From the NCBI GenBank assembly GCA_020536535.1, contig JAHLWZ010000650.1, forward strand, positions 1-42,151: a stretch of 42,151 nucleotides of DNA. The letters run 5' to 3'. The notes beneath the pieces are model-generated. The model saw only the letters and a list, made by a program, of their open reading frames with translations, was not told the origin of the DNA and searched no databases. This DNA comes from Pelomyxa schiedti. Lineage: Eukaryota > Protista > Evosea. The first letter of the stretch is position 1; every line of letters starts with the position of its first letter. Made by a program: the position numbers and the translations under genes. Shown here in pieces: positions 23,001-34,300 of the stretch.

Positions 23001-26000
23001 ATGCCCTCCATCTGTAAATGTGTCCGTTTTTAAGGCAGTAGAAATCAGAAACCTGAATCCCAGTCCCAAACAGCAATGTGGATTGGTACGTCAATTCCCC
23101 CTACATCTTCCAGGTTTATCACAAAGGAAGCCCAGTCTGCTTGATGAGAGACCAGAAAAGTTAAGAAAAGGACCAACCGGGGTTCAGGTTTTGCTTTATA
23201 ACTTCACTTCTGTAGATTGTGACATTCCCTTTTGCTCCAGGTGGTCTTCCAGATACAACAAAAAACGGGTCACTTTTTTGTCCTGGACCCACATCTTTGA
23301 CTGCCAGATTGCATCCTGAACAGAAAAGCTTCTTTCTTTGAGGTGCTGAATGGATGGAATGCTCAGCCATACCCTGAAAGCAGAAGAGATATTCATTGGC
23401 GCAGGCGCTACAGTAAGGGCTTCCAGTTTAGTGCACACAAATGCTCCTCGCCTAGTCACACGATCAAAGGGTATTATAGTAGGCGAAAAAGAACGCACGA
23501 TCTGGAAGATGAATTCAGTAAGGGGTGTCTGAACGGTCCCAAACTTTCGTGTGTTACTAAAGTAAATGATATAAAGCATCAATTACCACCAATCTCTCAG
23601 TGTGAGACTGCAAGACCCAATCTAGAAACAAGTTATATTTTATTGGAAATTGGCTACTACATACCAAATCATGTTTGCCATCTTTGTTCCAATCCTAAAA
23701 AAATACCAGCCTTAGTTCCGAAAAAAAGAAAAGCCATTATAGTGGGAACACACAAAAACATGAACAGAAAATTGGTTGTCGAGGCCTGCCATAAAATGTT
23801 AAAAAAAGTTGCAAAGTGAAGGAGTAAACTTTTAATCAGTGTCGAGTCTAGCATAAAGGTTGCCCAGGCAGGTGATGTACTCTTCGTAACTACTTCAGAC
23901 CGATACAACGATATCTCCTTGTCTCCTTGTCTCACCGTGACAACAAAAAAAGGATCTGGATTTTGAATCAGGGAAAGAAAGATCAAATGGAAGGTCTGTT
24001 CACCAGATGGCTGGAAACCAGTCACATTGAAGTCGAGTTTGGCAATTTTGTCCCCACATGCTGTAATGTTATAAGCAGGGGCGAAAGAAGGCTGAGGAGG
24101 AGCAGAAGCTATAAGTTCCAGTTTATTTACAGAAAATGACCCCTTGGAAGAGTTGTGCTCTAAAACTGCCTGCTGGTATGGCCCTATAGTCCAGATTGTT
24201 AGGCACTCATGGAGAGAGAGGGAGAACCATTATCAGACTGTATGAGAGAGCATGTCCACTCTCGCAGAGTGGTTGAAAGAGACCCAATTAACTTTGGCAA
24301 GGTTGTTAAGGGGATTACTTGACGAGTCACCATACGTCATGGGTGCCATCTTGGTCATAGTCATATACCGTAACAGTGAAAAGTGAGTCCAAGCCTCCTA
24401 AAATTGTGACACCGATGTCAAATGGAAGCCAAGTTGGCTCCAGTGTCTTGAAGCACACTTCAGATCTTTGTTTTGTGTTAGAAAAAAAGCCCACTAACTG
24501 GTACTGGTGGGAAGGAAGGTACACCTGTACACTGTCACACCACTCTTTATAACCAAGAAAAAGGGGTCGCTTTTTCCAAGGGGACCATCCATTCTAGCCA
24601 ATTTGGAGGCACTGCAGGTGATGCGAAGTGCTGTTGGGATCACAAGTGAAGCACTTGTCTCGAGGCATTGCAGAGATTCAACGCACATGCAGCCACAACT
24701 AACAAGTTTGTTACACAAATGGAGAGAACCCAAGTTTTCTACAGACTTGGAGGTGCCCTTAGTGATGGGTTCTTCAACCCACCACTGCAAGTCATGAAAT
24801 GGAAGGGATACAGAACCGATCAAATCATGTGCTCCGTCTAGTTTCTTATTGAGTTTGAAAAGACAGGAAAGTGCTGGTTACCTTTCTCCCAATCAAAAAC
24901 GGATATATCAATTGTGTCAGTTGGACCCTTCAATAGCTTTAGGGATAGTTCAAAAGGCTTCCAATGAGGCTCTTTCGATTTCATGATCACTTCAGACCTT
25001 TTTCCCCCCATAAGAAGTGAAGAAATAAATCAATAATGAAACAACCTGTACAGTGTAATCTCTTGATTCAAGGCGGGATCAAACTTCCTAACCACAAAAA
25101 AAGGATCAGCGGACATTGTTTGGACATTCATTGCTGGCAATTTTCGTGCGAAGACAGTCATCCTATTGTGGTTGGATTAACAGGGTGATTGCTGGAGGAG
25201 CTTATACTTGGCAGCCGGAGGCAAGAAAAAGTGATTTTCAACAGGTGTAGGCAACATGACAACCTTGTCAATGGAGAACGAACCGGCAGAACCACCACCT
25301 GGTTTGTTTATTGCTGTTGTAAACCACCCAAGTGACATCTCTCTGGCTGTGACAGAAAAACTCCCTTTTGAAAAATATCGTCAGAAGAGAATTGAACTTA
25401 GGAAGAATGCTGGTTACCCATATGCTCGTGATTTCCGTCTTGCTCCTTCAGCAAAAAGTTAGGGTGAAACGACTTAAATATCAGGGCATACCCAATCAAA
25501 TATTTTAAAGGTCATTTTTGTGTCCAAGGAATTGTGTATATTTAGGTTAAAAGGCTTGAACTGAGGTGCAAGACTTTGTTTCACAACTTCCGATTTATAA
25601 ACTGCTGGATGTCAGGCCAAGGTAATAAAGACTAATAATAAACCTTTGTCAGGAAAGAAGATCTCAAAGAATGCATCTATTTGTTGTGCATAAAAAGGAA
25701 GGACATTTTAAGTCATACTAACGCACCTGATTTCCTTATTCCAACACCTGCACGCTCAAGTTTTGATATACTGCAATGAACTTCGATTGCAGGTACCTGT
25801 GTAATTAGAAGGGGTGCCTCACATGGAACCACTCCTTTTACACCAAATGATCCATTGCTGAGATTTTCTTAAAGGTTTTTTTTCTCAATTTAAGGAATAC
25901 CATGAAGAATCTTTTCTTATTGCTTCCTCGTACCAAGACCACTGAAGTTCACTGAAAGGAACTGTGAGACTTCCAATGAAGTCATGTGAACCGTCATTAT

Positions 26001-29000
26001 CCTTGTCAAACACATCTTTTTTTTTCAGAAACAAAAATTTGATTGAGGGGGTACCGATGGTAAAAGTGTCGTTTAGTGATGTAAACAAGTGTAGTGGCAG
26101 TGTGAACTCAGTCCACGTTGGAGTAAATTGCTAAATTGGGGTTTGCAAGGATTCCAGGTAGATCTGTGGATGTGGCTACCTTGAGAATAGCTTCACTCCT
26201 GTATAATATTGTGCCATTTTTCTTAATCTCAAAGAATGGGTCCACAGACATGGTAAGTGTATCACATATTGGAAGCTTTCTAGCATAACATTGCATTCTA
26301 CAGAGTATATTATATATAGCCGATATATTGGATTTCAAGAAAAAACCTTAGAGCAGGAGGTAATGCACTACTTCTTGATGGTGGTTCAGACAGGGGTATA
26401 GCCTTGGAGACAGAGAAAGATCCGGAAACTTTAGATCCATTTCTTATTGCAGTCGAAAACCACCCAAATGACAGCTCGCGAATTTGGCATCTCACCTCTC
26501 CAAGTAACTCATGGTCACCTTTTTTTTGTTTTTTACATTTGTGAAATATGTACTCAAGGTACTTGTGGCAAACCATCTTTATTGTAATCAAAGCAATGGA
26601 AAATAGCAACTGTGTCCAATCCAGATGTCAATGAAATGACAAACGGCTTGAATTCTGTAAAAAAATTATAAATGCATCATCCATTGAAAAATAAGAGAAA
26701 TGACTACTTGGGTTCAAGTTGGCTGTGAGAACTTCAGATTTATAGACTAATTCATCTGGAGTTAGGGGAAAAGCTGAAAAGGGGTGTTTCAGAAGAACCT
26801 TTCGAGGTTCCAATTGTTACAGTAAAGAAAGGATCTGTTAGCTTGTTATTTTACCCCATGTCATTCAAGAAATGGGAACATGCCACAAGAGCCGAGTGGC
26901 CCATTTGCCCGCACCAAATTTTCACAGCAACAGTGCAGTTCCAGTGCAGAGGGGGTAGGAGGCATACTTTCAGCAGGAACAGGCTTCATGGTGGGTTGAT
27001 AAATGGTACAATATGATATATGTATACCTTCAGCTGATGAATGACAAAAGTGCCATTTGTGACAGTATTTTCATATTTGAACAGCAGGGGTGTTGTTGTT
27101 GTGAAGCTGAAGGAAATCAAAAATAGAATATATAAAAGGAATCACCACGATGGAGGGTGCAGTGGATACTGAAAAGGTCCTCCAATCAGTAGTTCATAAA
27201 GAGTAGTTTGATACCTCCCAATCTCACGGTGGTCACCCCTTTTTTCCCAGTCATACACAACCTGGGATTTCATTAATGGTGTCTAACTGAGGTTGAAGTG
27301 GGCCACACCAAAGTAAAGGGACTAAAGAAGTCACCAACGCTGCTTTTACTGAGTGTAAATGGTGAAAAATCAGGGTTGTTGTTGTTGGAAAGATGCTCTG
27401 ATCTATAGATTAATTTATTTGCAACTGTCACTTCGAAGAATGGGTCTGCTCTTTCCTGGAGGCACATAAAAAAGACTTAAAATTCCTTCACATTTCTCTC
27501 ACCAATGAACCAGGGATACTCAGTCTTTTGGCGGAGGCAGTAATCATGAAAGCTTCTACTCTTGTGTCATACGGGGGTGTGAAGGAACTCTGTCTTACTG
27601 GGTCATCGAACACAATGTTTCCTGCACTATTCCTCTGTGATTGAGTGCGACACTTGGCTTAAAAATAGAGGTACCTTGATGAACCACATAAAACGGAAAA
27701 ATTCTTGTTTGGGAATCTAACAAGTGCAAATGTACACAGTTTGGAGGTGCCGATGAGTTTGTGTGCTCCATCAACATCACAGTGATAGACCTCTACCTGC
27801 ACTAGATTAAGCGAGAACATTAGTCTCACTACTGCAAACCATCAACATTTCTCTTTGGTTGCTGTTCCAGAGGCTTGTGGGTAAGGAAAAGGGAGCCCAT
27901 GCAGGGTTTTGGGTGTTGGGAGCCACCTCCGATCGGTACAAACTTGTTGTCTTGGTGGAGATCACAAAAAAAGGGTCTGTAGAAGGAAATTAATTCCCAA
28001 ATCTCAATTTTAAAGGGAAACCTAGTCTTTTGGAAAAGACATCTTTTCTAAGACAAAAAGCAGACAATTTGAAAGTCCATGCATAAGGTTCCACAGCAAA
28101 CAAATCCAGAGGCCCAATTGAATTCATACTTTCGACCCAAAAAACACCAGAATTTCCAGTGAGCTTTCTATAAAGTATACATAAGGTGAAGAAAATACGG
28201 GTATCAAGATGATACTTTTTGGCTGGATTGATAAGAGGATATGGAAAGGGAAATTGAAGTAAGAACATGCTATCAGTAAAACGGCCAATTTCTTCAATAT
28301 CACCATCATCATCAAAATCAAATACAGTAATAATAACTTCAGTTCTCCAACCTAAAAGTATTCAAAGGGCAGAAATTTAATGGAGGATCTACTACATTGT
28401 GAGGAGAGTTCTCGAGAATCAAGAGAAAAGGGAGCCCATGTAGGATCAAGAGTTTTACGTATAACTTCACTTTTGTATAAAAGGGAGCCATCAGGTAGGG
28501 TAATTGTAAAAAATGGATCTGATTTTCCTAGGGGGCCATCCTTTTTTTCCAGTTTTTGAGCCCTACAGTTGAATCTATGCAGTGTAAAAGCAAAGGAATA
28601 GAAGATAAATAAAAAGGGGTGACAATACGAGAAAGCTGGAACTTGTGAAGGGATTGGGTGCACCTGTGGAGCCGCACTCACTATAATAATCTGGCCATCT
28701 CTTTTACCCTTCTTGTTGACCAAATCCATTGCCCTGTTAACTTCAACAAGGCTTCTCACCTGTGGAAGAAAGAAGAAAAACAGTATGCAAAATTGCTAAA
28801 CAATTCGCTACTACAAACCTCAGTTGTAATAAAACCCATGTAATCGAATCCACCATCAGAGTCCCACTTAAATTGAATGAAGTGAGTAAAACAAACATAC
28901 AAAAGGGGACCGGCACATACATCCCAGCAGTCAATTTTAACTTGGCCAGAGGCACCCCCAACTTCATGCATCCAAAGGGTAAATTCAGCCCATTCTATAT

Positions 29001-29448
29001 GCATGTGAATGAGTTAACATGGAGTCTTTGACTCAGAGTACCAGGGTCTAGAGTGTGCATAATAACTTCTGACCGGTACACAATTTCATTTGTTTCAGTA
29101 TTTGTAATCGTAAAGTATGGGTCTGAGCACCCAGAGTTTAGAAATTTGAAAGAAAATGAGCAACACAAATAGCTATTGCACACACAGAGGAAAGAAGGAA
29201 ACAACAAACAAAAACAAAAACAACAAAAAACTGACCACTCTTCGCAAAAAGGCCAACATCCATCTTTGGCAACTTTCTGCCATGCAATTTGAGCCTCAGA
29301 GCTGTGAATGCCTCGGCCCGTTGGTCGCGCACAACCGTGGGTGGTGCCTGCCCATCCCACAAGTTTATTCCTCACTCAAAACCCAACAACCCATCCAAAC
29401 CCAAAGCACCACAACCAAAGAACAAAAAAAACCTACCGTAGCTGCCAT
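14082..29448 (-). CDS. Giant tandem C2-domain protein, about 27 copine-type C2 repeats, no vWA domain (many short introns)
   Basis: The motif set (K/R)D...SDPFF...LYRSEV....NP.W.PF...VYDWD.DG.HDLIG...TTLREW recurs every ~550 bp from 29300 to 14280. The junctions I checked join in frame. Likely start at ATG 29448; likely stop at 14082 after YKHSGIL. Confidence 0.88.
19740..23100 (-). repeat. Block of ~6 most similar C2 units with shared intron positions
   Basis: Repeated DGGHDLIG..TTLREW.F.PY.FG and PPG..K.ITLYRSEV. Introns recur at S|DPFF, at xD|GGHD and in the linker, with a period of about 540-560 bp. Confidence 0.8.
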
Positions 29449-29719
29449 GGGCAACCTCCCAACTGATATTTGGATTTTTGGTGTTTCTCATGACCTGAGG
29501 TTTTCGTGTAACAGTGATCTCCAATTCTTGCACTGAGTGTCATTCTCAGTAGCGAGACTTTGGACTGAGCCCATTTTTTATCCTACCACGGACACTTGAC
29601 TGATAAGCAACTGAGAACAAAGGAATGTGATGGAGGGAAAGAATCCTTTTTATTTTAGTCGGTTGTGACAATCAATACTCAAAAGCAATCAGAAGGTACT
29701 TCCAGCCATTTCTTTAGTG

Positions 29720-30967
29720 CTAACCGTTTACTGGTGTGCCTCCATTTGGATGAAGAACCTTGGAAAAAGGAAGTGAAAAACAATTGCCACACCAAAGAGA
29801 CCAATACCTGTCCAGTGAAATAGGAAGAGTCATCAGATGCCAAGAATACATAGGATGGTGCCACTTCACCTTTTTTTGTTATTAGAATAAGACTAAACAA
29901 AAAAAATCACCCACAAGGATGGCCAGCTCTCTTCATAGGAACCTCAGAGCCAAACCTGATGACAAGGTAAATCTTTGGCCGCAAATTATGTAATGATTTT
30001 GATACTTTTCTACTTTATCTGCCTTGAACGATGCTACTATCAGAGGAGTCCTGTTATTGGTTATTAGGAGTTTCTTGTTGAATGTCGTTGCAACGAAATA
30101 CCATATGGGTCCTGGCGCAACAGCATTGACACGGATGTTTTTCTCAATGAGTCCAGCAGCAAGAGACCTTGTTAAAGTAGTTATTGCACCCTTAGTAAGT
30201 TAGAAAAAGTTGAAAAACGATAAACAACCTTAGTAGCTGCGTAGTCTATAAGTGAAGAATTCCCTTTATAGGAATTCACACTTGTGCTGTTTATAATGCA
30301 GGAGCCCGGCTTCATCATTGGCAGGCAGTACGATGTCAGGTAAAACATACTCAGTACATTTGTTCTGAAAAATAGGAAGTTAAGGATGCAGGAAGGATTT
30401 AGGAATACTTGAAGGTGGACTCGAGTTTCTTGAAGTCTAGCTTCTCTATAGTTTGCTCATGTTGTTCAGCAGCATTGTTCACTAGAACGTCAATGTGCCC
30501 CATTTTCTTTTCCGCAATATCTGCCACATTCTTGCAGAAATCTTCGTCACCAATGTCTCCTGGAACGTTCACACATTGAGCACCTTCTGCTTCAACCATA
30601 CGCTTTGTCTCTTCGGCATCACTATGCTGATGATACATTAGACTTCTTTGCCTTTGCTACAACATTGGAATACCTCAGATAAATACACATTGAGAATTAC
30701 TGTTGCCCCTTCTCGCGCAAAGTGCACAGCAATACTTCTTCCAATTCCACTATCACCACCAGTAATAAGAACAGTTTTCCCACTAAGTTTCCCACTACCC
30801 TAGTATTTTTTTTTTTTAATTGTCAAAGACACAACTCGGTTAGTTGATGAAATATGCTTTTTCCTATTAACCTTGTAAGAATCGCGTATGACCGTTGGCC
30901 TTGGTGTCATTTCGGACTCAATGCCAGGCAACTCTTGTTCTTGTGGCGGAAATCCAGTGGTTTGCAT
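29720..30967 (-). CDS. Classical short-chain dehydrogenase/reductase, YdaD/general-stress-protein-39 type (multi-exon)
   Basis: [49 protein letters not shown], catalytic [35 protein letters not shown]. Confidence 0.93.
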
Positions 30968-31328
30968 TATGGGTAGCCTTATTTTATCTCTTTACTTTTT
31001 CTTTGCGTGTTGGTGCTCGTCTATCTACCGCGATGTGATTCCCACAAGTTGTTTCATTCGCTCTCATTCGCGCACCAACGTCACCATTACTCGACGACCA
31101 GCACCTCGCCGAAAGGCAAACGGGAAAAAAGCATCACCGTGGCGCTCCCCAAATGAATGAACTTTCTTTTTCCTTTTTTGATTTCACGAACAGACAAAAA
31201 AAAACAAAACATACAAAAGTGATACGTCCCGGACGCGGCCAACACCTCACAACGAGCGAGTTGGGAGTGGTTTTAACTTATTGGACAGCCAGCCAAAACA
31301 ACAAACAACAACAACAACACAAACAGAA

Positions 31329-34300
31329 ATGGTTTCGGATCTTATGAGGCTTGTACTGTGCACCATCGGGCACGGCGAGGTGTGGGTCCTCATGTACGTG
31401 CTCCTAAGGGGGCTCGTGGTGAAGCCCCTGCGCCGCGCAGTCTTCACGCCCCTGTCGCTGTGGATAGCATCCATGCGCGACGCCTGCAACGCCGAAGACG
31501 TCGACGTTGGTGATGAGGATGATGAGGATGAAGATGAGAATGAGGAGGAGGATGAGAAGCAACAAGATGGTGGTGACGATGAGGAGGAGGAGGAGGAAGG
31601 GGGGGATGAGGATTGTGGGAGAAGCAGTGGGGAGGAGGAGGAGGAGGAGGAGGAGGTGGAGGTGTCGTCGAGCCCAAGCCCGGCAGTGAGTGACGTGGCA
31701 ACACAGACTGAAGAAGGGAGCGAGGACGACCAGCAGTTCGAACTTGTGGGTGGCGATGATGACGACGAGGAGGAGGCTGAGGAGGGGAGAAATGACAGTG
31801 GGACTGACGGCGATGATGAGAGCGAGAGCAGCGATGAGGACAAATGCATAAAGAACAACAAGGTGCCGCGCAAGAAAGGCGACACAAAACGGAAGAGAAA
31901 ACACCAGGGGAGAGTCCAGACCCATAATTCAACTTTTGCCGTGGAGGACGAAAAACTCCCTTCTGCGAAACAGCAGACCACGCAACGCCCTAAAAGGAAA
32001 CAACGGCTGGAAACAATGCCACATAAACCACCTCACAAACAACCAAATGAAAGCACCACCCAAAAGTTTAAAAAAACACCAACCCCTTCAACTACTCCCC
32101 CCATTTTGACCCCGTCATTAAGTACTGCTTCTGCTGCCATTGCACCCAACAAGGAACATCAAAATTGTAGTGCTTCACAAAAAAATGTACCGAAATCACA
32201 ACTCCCTGCTTTGAAACAAACAGTTCCTTCATTGGCTGGACCCACAACAGTGACAACAGCACCAGTGACAAGACAGAATTCTAAATCAAGAAAAACACCT
32301 ACAACCACTCCTTCTGGAACACCTGCTGTGTCACCTGCCAATACTCCACCTGTTACGCCAACCCACACTCCTGCCACGACACCAACTCTGCCACCATTAC
32401 CAACACTACCCAACATGTTTTTGCCTTCGAACTCACCACCACCTCCTGTGCACAGTCAGGAGACAACACACTTTACTACAACGCACAAGTCACTTCACCC
32501 ACAACAAGTCCCAAGCAATTGCAATTCTATTCCGATGCACAAGAATTTGCCTCCCTCTATACCACCGCCACAAAAGGATGATGTCTCACATCCGCCACAT
32601 AAGTCCAGCTTTCAAGCACTCCCAGCTGCACCTCATGTATCACCTTCTTCCACTTCACCATCCACATTTCCTACTCCCTTCTCAGCCACATCTACTTCCC
32701 AATTGCAATTATTGCACACAATGGAAACACTCAATGAGCAAGCACGAAGTGAAAAAGAGAGAGCTGATAATAAGCACTTATGTGATTCTTCACAAGCAAT
32801 ACCAATTTTCTACCCTACTCCAATGCGTCCGCCACAACTCCTTCCCAGTCCAGCTGAGCTTCAACGAGTTGAACTTCCTGAAAATTCAGATGAGTCATTC
32901 AATACCACATATGTCCGCCCATCCTGTGAAGATAGTGATGTGCAGTGTTTGAGAAGGTTTTATGACAAATTAAAGTGCACAACCCCCATTAATGGCTCTA
33001 TAGGGGTCTGGACAGGCCTGATTCCACTCCAACTCCAAGATCATTGGAACACAAGGGACTTAATACTGATTGGTCATTCTATTTTTGGGAAACTCAACTT
33101 CTCACTTGAATTTAGGAACAAGGATTTTTTGGAAAGTGAGAGAATGCCTGATGGCACAATTGCAGAGAAGCTTCAAGTTTTTTCCCCTTGCCTGTTGAGT
33201 GTTTAATTCTTCTACTTAGAAGTACCAACGTCTCACATCCCTTCACACTGATTTCCTGCACAATGCTGAAACATTTGGCAAAATAATAATATGTGAACAT
33301 TTCATAAACCAAGAATGTAAAACAATGCCCCCATGCCAGCTCGGTGGAACTGCAGGCGGTGTGTTTACCCAATCTGGGGGCATTTTTCCAATTCACACTA
33401 GGAATAAAGTATCAATACCATGGTATTATCTTTAAATTAGCCACTGATTGGAAAAAAATATACCATGGAGACGAAAACGCCCTCGTATGCAAAAAAAAAA
33501 AAAAAAGCCTGTTATTTGTTTGAATTGTAAAATGCAAACAGAAAGGTGCTGGGCATGAATTGAAGGGAGTGATGAGGTAATTCTGTTCCTGCCATCAAGT
33601 AGGTTCACCTCTCAACTAGATACTGTGGCAATAATCACGTCCATACTCCACTCATGGCCCTTATTGGTTTTCACCCTATTCTTAAAAATACATTTCACTC
33701 TCTTAGATTACAGAGGATTCCGCCTTGTGGCCCTTTCGGTTCTTCCAATAGACGGAACCACCCTCCTCTATGGTTCTTCAGGTACTGCTTTCAATTTTTT
33801 CCGGCAATGTTAACATTTTAACCAAAGATGGCGGGCACACTGTCCATAACGATGATCCAGGTGTGTTATGAGCCTCACTCCAAAAACATTTTTTCACTGG
33901 CTCATAGGCTTGGCAACACACATGGAAGAAATAGCAAGAACAATCAATATCAAAGGGCATAATACTGGCAAGGGGGAAAAGAAAATTCTCCATGGCCCTT
34001 GTGACATTGAAGGTCACCAGGTGGGTGCCAGATACACTCATTATCCTCATTTGCTAATTCAATACAAGGGTAAAGATGGCCAGTACTATGTTGTTGGTGT
34101 GTACTGTCCCGTTTTTTTCCCCTTATCCTCATTTTTACAGACTTTGCTCGTGTATTTCCTCCCACCAGTGATGTTGACGAGTCCTCCTATCTATACAAGC
34201 ACTTTAGGTATAAAATGATCATGCATAATCATTTTCGTTGCCTAAACCTCTAAATCAAGACCTGAGTTTGTGAAAAGCTACAAATTACCTCTTTCAAGTG

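Noticed and set aside
14082-29448. Reading the region as a cluster of separate copine genes, a pseudogene array or a CRISPR-like repeat
   Set aside because: No vWA domains, internal starts or intergenic gaps. Stops fall in introns, and the repeats are protein-level rather than identical DNA repeats with spacers.
31247-31981. Minus-strand Ser/Leu/Pro-rich ORFs
   Set aside because: Reverse complement of the poly-Glu/Asp tract.
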